A stretch of DNA of 64,000 bases from Acanthaster planci (taxonomy: Eukaryota), in assembly GCF_001949145.1 (NCBI RefSeq), contig NW_019091358.1, positions 1,684,240 through 1,748,239 of the forward strand. Direction: 5' to 3'. This document shows, piece by piece, positions 52,501 to 64,000 of this stretch. Both the position numbers and the translations under genes were made by a program. Every line of letters begins with the position of its first letter. The stretch's first letter is position 1. The notes beneath the pieces are model-generated. The model saw only the letters and a list, made by a program, of their open reading frames with translations. It made no database searches and had not been told where the DNA came from.

Positions 52501-55500
52501 CCTCCATACTGCCAATATCAGGTAAGCTTGTTCCCAAATCAGATAATAAAAATAGCATATCTAGACACAACATATATGGGCTCTGTGTAAAAGCACTCCC
52601 TTGCTCATAACACCCTCCCTCCCCGAGGCCCTGAATACCACTACCACACAATGTGCACCAATGCATGCTAACAAGGGAACATACACCACTGGCAGCTGAC
52701 ACCCCCCACCTTCTTTGACTGGGGAGGCTCCCCCACTTTGGGCAGGTCCTATAATGGTGTGGAGGTTAGGCTTAATAGATCGGTCCATTAACAGCTGATG
52801 GTTGATGGTCTCACAAATGGCCACCCCCTCATTCATCTTCGAAAATCACTCACTGACAAACACACTGTGACGTCTCCACACGACACTCTTGCCACAAACC
52901 AATGTAGGGTCTCTGGCTTACCTGCCATGTCTGGAGCCAGACAACCCTTCCCTCAACAGTTTGTGCATAGAGGTGATGCTATCTACACCTTGACCATGGA
53001 TAGGAGTGTTCTACTTACTCAGATGCAGCCAACCGGTGCCATCGAAGGAGCCGCCGGGGTCCACTTCGTTCATGCTACAGGGTTGAACGTCAACCATGCT
53101 GGTTGGATTGCTACCAACAGAAGACAGCAGATTTTAATGATGGTCAATACTGACAGAAATGGTACAAGTACATATGGGGTGACTGGCAGAGAAGTGGCAG
53201 TGATAAAGGACAAGATGTCTTGCAAAACATCATTAATAAATCACATATGGATGTTCCCTCACTTGGTGGGGTGTGGTGTGGTGTGATATGGAATGCTATG
53301 CCTTGTGGTTTCCTTGCTAAAACACAGGAGCCCATGGAAAATTCAGCAAACTGAGGGCTTAATTTCAGTAAATGGGGTTGTGTCTTAAAACCAAAGTGGT
53401 CAAGCCATACACTTTGCCACCTTCTGTTCATTTCTATCCAAGAGTAAAAATGAACTGCATAATGGATGGCTTTAATCACCCTTTAGTATGGTATCTAATG
53501 AAACAACTATGTTGAAGATAAAAGAAGCCTTTGAAATATACATTTACCATCCTTATCAAACTCATCTCAATTTGAAAACTGCCCATTATTAAAAAGGTTT
53601 GAGCAAAGTAATAACAGCTAATGGTCAGACATTTGTGTGGTTTGCATGACGGAGTCAGAGATTAATACCTGAGGTTAAATATCAAATCAGGCGGAGCAGC
53701 AAACTGAAACTCCAGCATCCTGATGCAGCCGTCAAAGGGATTTGAAATCTAGGAGTGAAACACATCAGAAAGTGAACAATACCGGCAAAACAATTAGGGC
53801 TTCCTACTTGACAGGATGTATATTCACAATGCAGTGCCCAACTAGGCATCTGCTTAGAACAGGCCACTTGTCATCTTCATGAAGCTACTTATCTGAGACA
53901 CAATTACTGCAGTGAAAGGACACTCATGAACTCATCGCTAAAATGAGTCAAAAATTATGTCATGTGTTGCACGATGATCGAATCCCTACAAGGCAAACTG
54001 GCAATGTCCAAAATAAGGAACAACGCAGGGCCAGTTCTCAAGCATGAACAACAGTTTCACCACTGGTAACCTGCTCTTTCAATAAGGTATGCCATCTTCA
54101 CTTACATCTTGCCCCAGGTAACCAGTGTCACAAACGCACCCTAGGCCAATTATCAATGATTACTCCAACCATCCACTGCTCAAGTGATGTTGGCTAAACT
54201 ACAGTTCATGGCAGTCATGACTTCAGCTTGCCTGTAAATAACCATCCCTTAGGCTAGTCCTCACTGCTGAGCTACAGGCACTCTTGCAATGTTTGTGCAC
54301 AGGGTTCCATTAGCAACTCTTACTCACCCGCAGGTGGTACCCACTCCTTGCGATGCCAGGGCCAATGCCTCCCACATAGAGGTCAGTGTTGATGGCAATG
54401 CTGGACACGACAGAATCCAATTGCACAACATTTCTGCTGTAGTCCCTCGTCTTCTCTACCAGGATGGCCACAAAGTCATGGATGCGCAGGATTGTTACCT
54501 GTTGTCGATAGGAAGGTTAACCAGATTTCATGGGTTTCGTTGGGAGTCGACATTAAAGATCAAATTTCAACAGGCCTATTCCAAAACCAATATCTTTCTT
54601 GCCTTAAGTTGCTTACAAAATATCTGACAAATGGATATATAGGCCCTACTTTATGAAACTGGAACAACATGAAGTTCATGCATTAGTGTGACATTGCAAA
54701 CAAATTAGTACTAAAAATACATCCTAAAGGATTCATAATCTCATAGTTTCATTCCTACTTTCATTCATTTTCACCCAATATATCACATTTTTACTAACTA
54801 GCCACTGATGGTCAGCATACTGTGTGTGAGTTTTGTTAAGGGACAAGATAAACCAGTACGGGTATCATTCAAGGCAAATTTAGCCAAATAATTATGAAAC
54901 GCGCACTTCTTGTTTGTGTTTTAGATGTGAGGGTTCAATTTTTGTTTACTTTTCACTGGTACCTCACAAAACAAGGCCAGACGTCAAAGATAAGATATGT
55001 TAGGTGTGCACTTATTACAAGGAAAAAGACAATCAATTTGCAGATGTGTAATTGCCTTTGAACAAGTTAATACTGTGTGCTATAACTGAACTGTTTAATT
55101 ATTAAATGGTGCCTCATTCCAATGTTAAAAACAAATCTGAGGGATATCTGATAGGAATTCTGCACAGAAGTACAAGGGAAGAGAGTCCATTTACAATTGC
55201 ACAACTATGTTTGAACATGTGTGTATAATTAGCAATGTTTACCACAACTGAATGTTTCTGACATTTCACTGGTGTATCATAGAAATGTCTTTATAAACAA
55301 ACAAGGATTGACAGAAAATTAGACAACACAGGAAAGTTAATTTGAATAACTGCATAATTTAACTCTCCAACTGATCCAATATTAGGCGGCTGCATCAAGC
55401 TCCCACAAAAGCACAACCAAAATATGCATGTTTGTATGAGGGGTCTACGATGTTGAATTGCAAGACAGAGGGTCTGTCCAAAGATAAAGCAGGAGGCTTG

Positions 55501-58500
55501 TAGTCCATCAATATGTTCGGTCCTAGTTTATGATTTATTCTCTTAGTCTCAGCAAGACCCCACACCACAAAATAAAAAAAGAAACACTTGAATTATTTTG
55601 TCTTATTGTTGGCCTTACGCATTAACTCCCTTTCAGTTAAATGTAATACCTTTTAGATGAATGTTAGAATGTAACTTTGCAACCAAATAAACACATTTTT
55701 GCTTTGTTATTTTCACATTTTACCTCTCAATATTTGAATTTCAAAAGGAGCTATTTAACCCCTTCTCGGCGGGAAATTTTTTCTGAAAGCCAACTCCAAG
55801 AATGCCAGCCTCGCTTGGCCCAGCGTGCTCTGCAGGCTTTGAATTACACGGTGAAAAGGCTGATTGTTCGGTGGCATGCAGCTCTACTCAAGTTTCCATA
55901 TTCCCGTTGCCTCTTTTCAAAGCAGGGACTATTGTGAAGCTGGCGATTATGATGCAAATTCTTTCTTTTCATTTCTGGGCTACACACAAAGACCAATTAC
56001 CATATACACAAGAGCCAGGGTCTGCCTTCTTTCACCGTGTTCGCTCGAGCATGGGCCGAGAATAATAGCGGAAAAGCAGGCTGAGGATCTCAATTTTTAC
56101 GGTGTGTCTTAACGCGTCCTGGCATGAAAGGGTTAAATATGTATTAATCCATCACATGTCAACATATTCAGCACAGCCCTAAACACAGAGGCCTATGGGG
56201 CTTACCTCCTGCCAGAGTGCATTGTCATACCGTTCCCTGGTGGCTATGTTGAAACCAGTCATGGCTCTAGAGTCCGTCAGGATGTTAAAGGACAGCTTAC
56301 CATCGATCATGACCAGGCCCATGAATTGCCTCGGTGTGGTGGGGCTGTTGGCTGCATAGAGCATCACACCGTCCGGGGAGAGGGCACGGAATGACAGCTT
56401 GATCACAAACCTGGTGGCAGCAACCAACCAAAAAAGGTGGAATCATGTGACCTGCAGTACATCATCACTCTTCAGCCTTCATCCTTGTCTTTTTATATAT
56501 CAGCAATTCCAGCACACTGCATGTGCGAGCAAGTTTTGTGTGAATGGCAAGGCATGCAAGACCAATGTTCATTGAAATGTATCATCTCTGCATAAGCACA
56601 CAAAAGCATGAACAGTTGCCCAACAGCCTCTCTCTACCTTGCTGACAAAAGGGTACTTGGGCATGGAACTGATTTAGAATCACCTATTCAAGAACAGTGC
56701 TGCCTGTTGAGGTGTAAGCTGGTAAGCCTGATAGCTGCTCGTTGTAACGCCAAACCTGACCGCCCCTGGGTAGGGGATGACCAGCGTGGGCTCTCTGCAG
56801 GTGGTGGGCGCTGCAGTACCAGTGGGGGCTGGGGAGGTGGGGTAGGGGCGTGGTGGCAACTCAGATACCGGTGGGGTAACACCGGACAGGTCCAGCCCGT
56901 GATTTGCCAGGACTATGGAGCCATCATTGAAGTTCACAGAGCTGTCAAAATACAATAAACAAGAACTGGGTCTAGACTCAGATGAAGATGATTTTGATAA
57001 AAAATCCCTCCTATCTGGTTCCTAAATATGACTTAACTTCAGTTCAAACCAGGCCCCCTGCTAATGGAACCAAAGAAGGTAATGCACAACTCGAATGGTA
57101 ATGATAATGGTAATGCTCATCGAATGGAAGCTTGCAATCAGTGGGACATGCGCCTGTATAAACAAAGTCACTTGAGAACTGGATAAATTCCAAACAGAAA
57201 GCAATGTTTCCTCATATAACCAGGGATACAGATTGTGCTTAAAAGGATCTCCCATAATGATCCCCCATAGGGCACCCCACTGATAAAATCTTGGTTGCTC
57301 CCCTGGGTGGGAAATTATGATTGTCGAAGTACCAGCTATAAACTTGCTTTCTTGAATGTCCAACAATCATGGCCCCACTTCTGCTGCTTTTCATCAGGAA
57401 GAATCTCTGCTTACTTTAGCAGAAAACTCTCACTTACCATTACAAAACATACTTCACAGGTTGGCATTCAATTCTGGCTCAACCCCGTGGGCTTGTTTAC
57501 CAACTTACAATTCTGCGCTTACAATGCTAGCACAAAATTTCTGCACCATAGAGGCTTTCCAGGGCTGCCATCTTGCATGCCAATGCTTTTGTTCCACAGG
57601 GTATGAACAAGGGAGGTATCCTGTTGAACAAAAGAACTGCCCTGCATAATGGCTACCACGCAAAGCCTCCATAGCACTGTGATGAGAACAGAATAGTGTA
57701 GTATTTAGTTGATTTATCACTAGACATTCAATAAAACATAGGAATGCCTAGCAATAGCCCCTATTTCACTTTCTCGTTGCTGGAAGGTGATGCATGGACA
57801 TAATTCTACTGAGGGTTGACTTACAGTGAGTTGATCATGAAATCTCTCAGGTCTCCACTCAGGGACATGCGGATGGGGAACTCTCCGCCAATCAGAATGG
57901 GTGTGGTGCTAGGAACTCCGCCCACATACAGGTAGCTACTCTGTCCCAGTATGTCTATGCCTTCAGTCTGAAGGTGTCGCATGCTGTATACGGTGGGCAG
58001 GTCGTTCACCTTGAGTGAGGCACTGAGTTAAGTGAAAAAATAACCCCAAAACCAAGAAAACAAGAAGTGATGTCAAATCGGAGCAGGACCAGTGGAGCAA
58101 TTCAAGAGAAAAAGCAACTGGAAATTCAGTCCTTGTTCATATGTTGAAATAAGAATAAGAATCAGGTTTAACTTAGTACTAATTCTTAGAGTGCATGTTA
58201 ATGTTTGCACTGTTCAATGGGAAAAATGCAAAGTAAACCGGAAAACACTAAAAATCACACATATAAAATCAAAGAAAGAAAACCAAACCACTAATGATTC
58301 AAATGATAGAGAACATATTCATATTCAATAAAATCTAATTACGAAACTAATTTTACCAAGACTAAAGCACTGCTGCCATAAAACAAGCATGTGGAATAGA
58401 TCCATTCGGGGGATTTTGGGGAGGTATTTCTGGAGTATGCTTAATTTATCATTACTAGAGAGTGGTCATCCTCCAAATCTGATCCTTGATACTTACGAGA

Positions 58501-61500
58501 GGCCAGTGAACTGGACAGTCACTTCTTGCCACTGTCCGGTGTTCAGACGAAGTCCTACCGTCTGCAGTGGCTCGGACAAACCCTCACCGGCATTGTACTG
58601 GACAAAGATGTTGCCATGGTACAGAGCAATGTAAAACAGCTTGTTCTGCCAAAAAAAATTAGGATTGTACATCAGTCAAGGAGCATAGGTGGAACTCAAA
58701 AGTTTGATGTGTAAACATGCAGGGATTTCCTATGCTGTTTTAATACACAGAGGACATGCTCTTTGGCCATTCACTGTCAGTGAAAAAACATGCTATTTTA
58801 ATACAGTCCATACAAGTGGCCCAGAAAACGACCTCAAACTGAACAAAAATGCATACAGCAGGCTACTAGATACATAACCAAAATTTGATATAACATTAAT
58901 ATTCATTACTATCTGCCTCAAGTGGAAGCACCCCCTCACTAGTTTAGAAGAGCCATACTGACCGGGAGTATTTATTTTGTTGGTATCAACGTGACTATAG
59001 CGCGTGCATTTCATAGTCCTTTGTGAAACAGCTAGGTTCAGTTCCAACCAAAGGAACCTCCATTGCTAAGACTATTGTGCCCTCTCTTTGTCCAGCTGGA
59101 GGCTCAAACCTACAAGTACTTCATCAGATGCTCAACTTCACCCTTGACTGCAGCATCTGATGAAGCAGCTGTAGATTAAGAACCTCATTAATTCCAGCTT
59201 GTCTTGAAATGAGAAACTTACAAAGCTCAAGGTGCCGTAACTGTAGGCCAGGATGCCATGGGGCTCCAGCGTCTTGAAGAAGAAACTGATGGAACGAGTC
59301 CGGGCGAGCTGGAGGGGCAGAGATAACTGAGCAAAGGCCAACTGGCCGGAGAAACCAATGCCGGCTGTCACCTGGTCACACATGATAATAATAGTTTATA
59401 TTAAAAATAATACTGGATGCTAATCATCCTGACTGAGCAAAGCTGACTTCTGAAGGATGTAGCTACAATGTAGCTTAGCTGTAGGCATACAAGAGTACCT
59501 TAGGAGCAACCAAATGACCCACATCTGACAAAGCCAGCCAGAGTTTCTATGTTAATTCATCAGAGGGAGGGAAAACTGGGGAACCTAATTTTTCAAGGCA
59601 CAGGAGAAAACAAATGTAAACTCTACTCATGATTGGCCTAGGTTAAGAACCCAGGCCACAGTAGTGACAGGCGAGTGCTTTACAGCCAAGCCATTGATCC
59701 CAGCTATGGCAGTGTTCAGACTAGGCATACAACAGGCAGACGAGTATGACAGGCAAGTGCTTACAAGTACAAAATGCACGAAAGGCTGACCACAGTATTT
59801 TATGACTTGCTGATATTCCCCACTAAGGCCTGCGCTAAATTTGTCTGATTAGGCAAGAGAATATCATGTGTTAACAAAGTGTTTTCTCACAAACTGATCC
59901 TGAGTGGTCAAATGAGTTAAACAATTTAGCATGATGACACTTTGAATCTTTGTGTGGGAACAGAAATGGCATCTACAATTAAAGTGCATCTGATAAATTT
60001 CCCTCTCAAAGAACTCACATTAGCCCTGCAGCCGTCAAACGAGACACCCATATATTCAATGGCCGTTGTGTTTGTCAAGGGTCTGCTGACCATGCCTTGT
60101 GTTGTTCCGTTCGATAGCTTCACGTTTTTCATGCAGCCCGCAAAGCGAAGATTGGTCGGGCCCCGTCTTCACAAAAGAATCATGAACAATGTTAATCAAC
60201 ATTAAGCAAATTCGAGGAACCAAGGAAATGAAGCCTGAACATGAATTTCATGGAATACAGCCTAACAGAGTTGAAGAGCACCTCTAAGGAAAACATGTTT
60301 TCTCTGATTTTATTAGCTCAAATAAAAATGGAAGCATCTAAATTAAATGCAGTGTCATTTGTCTTCAGAATTCAACTATAACAAGCTAAAAAGGGTTTTT
60401 TCTGTTCATGTCAAGATGCAAATTCAGAGAAAAACAGAGAAAATGAGGGGAACCCTTGCCCTGTGTTCGCAGTGGATAGAGCCTTGCGCAAGATAAAAAG
60501 TCCTTTTTTGTTTGTTAAAGTTGAGCGCTGAAGACGAATGACACTGCATTCTATTTGGATGCTTCCATATTTATTTGAACAGATATAATCAGAGAAAACA
60601 TGTTTTCCTTAGAGGTGCTCTTTAAAAAGGGCTACTTTTGAATTGCAGGGCTTTTAAACGTGCACATCTTCCACCACAAAAAGCAACTGCCAGTGACTAT
60701 GTCTGCAAAATGTCCATTATCATAAGAATGCCAAAGTATATGAAACATCAAATGAAGAACTTTGCATGTTTTGATTGTAAAAAACATGAACAATGAGCAA
60801 TCTTTAAATGATCCAGTCAAAATGCTTTTTTCACAGCTAACAAGACATGATTTCTCTCACAGGTGGACATGTTTATGTGAAACTTGCAATCACATTTTTG
60901 AACAAAGTGCAACCGTGCAGGAAATTTTGAATGAATTATCCCCACAATCCACAATTTAGGGTAAAAAATCCTCAATCCAGAAAAATCTTTGAAAACAACA
61001 TCCTTGCTACAGCCCAAATCATTTTTGAGGCTTCTTCTGGAACTTCCTAAGTAACACTTTTGGATCAATTAAAAGTTTCTCAATTTTCAAAAACATAACG
61101 CAAACTTTGACTTCTCATTAAATACTGCCTAGACCTATTTGTGCCCAGCCATTCACAAATTTCAATCCATCATTCTAATCATTTCCAATTTTTATTTTAT
61201 AATTAATGAATTAGCAGATTCCTCATTGTATTTGTCCAGTGTATGATGTGCCTTTATGTCCAACATCATTAATGTAAAGTAATTCAAAGCGTATGAACAA
61301 GTACACGTAACTCCGTCTTTGCAAATGCAATTATATCACCACACTGTACAAAACTCAGGGGATCTTGTGCCTACAAATATTACTTTTAAATAAATGAACT
61401 GCATTAAATGAACTGAACAAGTGCGGTGCTGAAAGACAGGAGCATCAGAAAGCAGCTTACATGATATCAGCGGAAAGCGCTGGATCGGGAGAGCCAAGGA

Positions 61501-63720
61501 ATAACTTGAATGCATAACGCAGGTTGGGGAACCGCAGGAAAGCCACCGTTGGTTGCATGAAACTCTCTAGCACCGCATCTGTCTGGTTCGCGTAGCCAAT
61601 ATCCATGCGGTAGTGGGAGGAGTTGTAAGCGACATTCACCTTGTAAAAAATGACAGAAACTACAGTGTAAACTTTCTCTTTCTAGAGAAGGATGTGGGAT
61701 AGATCACAGCGGGAGGCATTGGGGGCATAGTTGCATGGCTGGTGATCAATAGCTCTTTTCCATGGGGAACAATTGACGTGAAAATATTTTAATACGCAAG
61801 TTGGAAGTCACAGTGGATGTAGCGAGAGATGCAACCAAGGGTAAATCATACCTGACGATGGGATTTTGCAAAACAGTTCAACTGCGGTCACTCAAATGGG
61901 ACTGTACTTCACTTGTACCTCAGAAGCACTTGACTATAGACCTAGCTAGCTCAAACTGGCTCTGTGATCAATGCACCCATTCATTCAAGATCAATTTGAA
62001 ATTAGTTGGAGTATGTGGGCAATCATCCCAATAGCAGTAAATATGCCGTGCAGTAAAGCACAGGCAATTTTCTTGGGGTGTTAATAAGAAATTAAAATTT
62101 GTTAAAGGTACAGTCCATTCTTTTGCAGCTATCCAAAAGTAACTGACAAAATTATTGTTGAAAAGTATACTTGGTTTAAAGATGGTTATGTCTCTGTGAA
62201 ATGATTCTTTATGGCATCTAAAGATACATTTTTGGAAATTTGCAACTAGAAGTGCACACAGGTTTTAACAGGACACACACTTGGTGTGTGACATCCAAAA
62301 CTGCATTCAACTGAATGTAAAATTTATCCCATATGCTGAAGTCAGGTGTAATTCAAAACGTGGCTCTGCGATTTTTGATCCAAAATCTGAAATATACAGT
62401 ATTCACTGAGCTGACATTTCATCAGGTTAGGCACCCTTCTTTAGATTTAGAGTAATTTGGTTGCCTCAAGGGAACATAATGCACAAACAACAAATGATGG
62501 CCTGTTACTTTAAAGCGATCTGGGGATAGTGCACAGCAACTCTCCAAGTGTCAAGTCTTACCCTGTACCACCTTGCATCATTGTACGTTCCCAAGGTCTG
62601 GAGAATGTACCTAGCGTTGCCCGCTGTGTTCATCTCAAACATGACATTCCCAGCTCGCATGAAGATCCCGATGTATGAGATGAGGTCAGGCCGGGTTACG
62701 ATCATCAGGACAGACTCCGGCACTGAGGTCTGGAAGTCTAGAGAGATGCTTGCTGACTCATACACATTGAAGTCATCGTTGGGTAGCTAGAAAAGCCAGT
62801 CACAGAGGGAAGTTAGAACTTGAACACCAAAATTCACAATTTGAATTACCAAATAAAGCCCAACTGCTGAAAGTAATCCAGGTGAAAAAGTCCTGTTGGA
62901 AATCTCCTTATTACCAATTGTATTTGATTCTACAGCTGCTTACAAAGAGAACCTGAAAACAAAAAGTGGCAACAAAATGAGATTTCCTATAGAATATAAA
63001 ATTAGCGTATGGAGCAAAAAGAGGGGAAAAGTACTTTCCTGTCAGAAAAAATCCTAGACAGCAGGGCCTACACACAATACCACCCACCAAAAGACTTAAC
63101 AAGTAACTAAACTAAAAGAAAGTTTGTTATAAACTAAAAAAGAAGAGACTCTTAGATACAATTACAAAATTTCTGCCCTGTCATTATTTCACTGTCCTTA
63201 ATTATAAATGGTTGTAGTCTGAAATAAGAGATCCTTGTACAAAAAGTGGATATCTTTTTGAAAGTTCTCCATTTCTTACTTTGTGTCTGTTGGAATGTGG
63301 AGTACAATCATGAACAAAATTGTTGGACATGTGTCAAAAATAGCTATACCCTTTCCAGGTCTCCCATCCCCCCTGGTCAATGTTGTCAACTCACGCTGGA
63401 CCACGCAGTGAGACGCAACATTGAAGGGGGCCAGGGATTTGGGGGCACAATGAGATTTTGACACGATTGTAGGTCCCCTTTTCAGCACAATCTGGTTTAA
63501 TAATAGCTAAAAGGGCTGAGATTTATACCCTGTAAAAGCCAAATCCTGTGAAACTTGCTCCAGGAGTGATGTCAGGTTCAGGGGTGATAACTTCGACTGC
63601 CCCCTGGCAGCACAGTGTAGATCCTTCCTGGGAAGTTGGGCGCCAGAGGTTCAGTTCCTGGCCGTCGAAAGTAACGTCCGAGATGCAGCCTACGAAGCTA
63701 CGGCTACTGACCTTATTGGT
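49397..63720 (-). CDS. LAMA: Laminin subunit alpha, C-terminal LG1(end)-LG5 region, 5'-partial, 15 coding exons
   Basis: Fifteen exons splice in frame (2562 nt). Tandem laminin-G domains carry LYVGG and F.GC[IM] motifs with no intervening EGF modules. A Pro/Thr hinge separates LG3 and LG4, and the protein ends GCPRPV-stop. This is laminin-alpha architecture; alpha1/2 versus alpha3/5 is not resolved. Confidence 0.88.
50319..50553 (-). CDS. LAMA: Laminin alpha exon: LG5
   Basis: taccag|VRVIVSHG...AVCNNQPH...AVYIGGIP|gtatgt. Confidence 0.9.
51061..51191 (-). CDS. LAMA: Laminin alpha exon: LG5
   Basis: tgtcag|NNFRIGDSLDIQLTIRT...FIAMDIYNGL|gtaagt. Confidence 0.9.
51769..52343. mobile_element. 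piggyBac-like element spanning the 100-N assembly gap
   Basis: TTAA|CCACTACCTGCCGG ... CCGGCATGAAGTGG|TTAA (12/14 inverted match); CpG-rich; subterminal direct repeat GCCGGGG.CTCCG.AATCGGA twice. Confidence 0.72.
52122..52221. other. Assembly gap (100 N)
   Basis: Run of N; the laminin exons on either side join in frame, so no exon appears to be missing. Confidence 0.99.
53019..53110 (-). CDS. LAMA: Laminin alpha exon: LG4/LG5 junction
   Basis: tggtag|NPTSMVDVQPCSMNEVDPGGSFDGTGWLHL|gtaagt, phase 2 to 1. Confidence 0.88.
53669..53748 (-). CDS. LAMA: Laminin alpha exon: LG4
   Basis: tcctag|ISNPFDGCIRMLEFQFAAPPDLIFNL|gtatta, phase 0 to 2. Confidence 0.86.
54328..54498 (-). CDS. LAMA: Laminin alpha exon: LG4
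   Basis: caacag|VTILRIHDFVAILVE...TDLYVGGIGPGIARSGYHLR|gtgagt. Confidence 0.9.
55759..56132. mobile_element. piggyBac-like non-autonomous element
   Basis: TTAA|CCCCTTCTCGGCGGGA ... TCCTGGCATGAAAGGG|TTAA; imperfect TIR; CpG-rich relative to flanks. Confidence 0.65.
56206..56410 (-). CDS. LAMA: Laminin alpha exon: LG4
   Basis: caccag|FVIKLSFRALSPDGVMLY...RYDNALWQE|gtaagc. Confidence 0.92.
56684..56941 (-). CDS. LAMA: Laminin alpha exon: end of LG3, Pro/Thr hinge, start of LG4
   Basis: tgacag|SVNFNDG...PPRPYPTSPAPTGTAAPTTCREP...AVRFGVTTSSYQAY...FLN|gtgatt. Confidence 0.88.
57825..58022 (-). CDS. LAMA: Laminin alpha exon: LG3
   Basis: actcag|ASLKVNDLP...YLYVGGVP...SLSGDLRDFMINS|gtaagt, phase 2-2. 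Confidence 0.88.
58497..58645 (-). CDS. LAMA: Laminin alpha exon: LG3
   Basis: tggcag|NKLFYIALYHGNIFVQY...LNTGQWQEVTVQFTGL|gtaagt. Confidence 0.9.
59222..59371 (-). CDS. LAMA: Laminin alpha exon: start of LG3
   Basis: gaccag|VTAGIGFSGQLAFAQL...SISFFFKTLEPHGILAYSYGTLSF|gtaagt. Confidence 0.9.
59500..59704 (-). mobile_element. tRNA-derived SINE remnant
   Basis: On - strand: A-box-like TGGCTTGGCTGTA (59693-59681), B-box-like GGTTCTTAACC (59651-59641), then a body with GGTTCCCCAGTTTTCCCTCCC. Confidence 0.6.
60019..60166 (-). CDS. LAMA: Laminin alpha exon: end of LG2
   Basis: gtgaag|RGPTNLRFAGCMKNVKL...GVSFDGCRAN|gtgagt. Confidence 0.88.
60275..60621. mobile_element. Kolobok-like palindromic MITE
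   Basis: Arms over 100 bp, starting AGAGCACCTCTAAGGAAAACATGTTTTCTCTGATT with a perfect reverse complement at the right end; flanked by TTGA and TTAA. Confidence 0.8.
61461..61639 (-). CDS. LAMA: Laminin alpha exon: LG2
   Basis: tacaag|VNVAYNSSHYRMDIG...KLFLGSPDPALSADI|gtaagc, phase 0 to 2. Confidence 0.85.
62562..62786 (-). CDS. LAMA: Laminin alpha exon: LG2
   Basis: ttctag|LPNDDFNVYESASISLDFQT...GTYNDARWYR|gtaaga. Confidence 0.92.
63529..63720 (-). CDS. LAMA: Laminin alpha exon: end of LG1, start of LG2
   Basis: ttacag|TNKVSSRSFVGCISDVTFDGQELNLW...GASFTGFGFYR|gtataa. Confidence 0.9.
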
Positions 63721-64000
63721 CTGTAAAACAACCGATCAGTAAATAACTAGAGATGGTTTGAATTCCCAGCAATGTAACAACAAACCTGAACTCTCAGCAG
63801 CACGTAATGCCTGCTACATAAAAACTGTGACTGATGTATCTGTTTTTGTATGCAAAATGATTTATCAACACTGAAAGGGCTAGAGTTTCTGGTACCTGAG
63901 AAAGCTTGTTAAACTTCAATTCAATGCAATTTTGGGTTTTGTTGTACAGTCAGTTTTAGTTCATACAGTCATCAATGTTGACCCACACAATGAGCACAGT

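Noticed and set aside
52798..53286. 162-aa + strand ORF and similar + strand ORFs over 49-64 kb
   Set aside because: Antisense shadows of laminin exons and adjacent intron.
62102..62445. Possible Kolobok-like element starting TTAAAGGTACAGTCC
   Set aside because: No convincing matching right end could be found.

Overview
AT-rich, CpG-depleted invertebrate genomic DNA. An embedded 18S rRNA fragment looks echinoderm-like, possibly sea star; this is from recalled sequence, not a search. The window holds the 3' parts of two convergent, intron-rich extracellular-matrix genes. (1) On +, 11 coding exons (2367-45986, 954 aa in window) of a THSD4/ADAMTSL4-6-like protein: end of the Cys-rich module, ADAMTS spacer, an unusually long Pro/Asn/Tyr/Gln low-complexity linker, six TSP1 repeats and a C-terminal PLAC domain. 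(2) On -, 15 coding exons (63720-49397, 853 aa in window) of a laminin alpha chain: end of LG1, LG2, LG3, hinge, LG4, LG5. All introns are GT-AG and all phases join in frame. The introns contain a decayed 18S rRNA pseudogene, several non-autonomous DNA transposons (hAT-, piggyBac-, Kolobok-, Sola- and Crypton-like), two tRNA-derived SINE remnants, and a 1.3-kb tandem duplication around a single N that is probably two haplotypes. I found no convincing novel multi-gene system. The most interesting signals are a strong excess of TACATGTA/TAGGCCTA palindromes that appear to arise as 6-nt insertions at TA, the NPYP-repeat linker, and a cysteine-free laminin LG3 domain.
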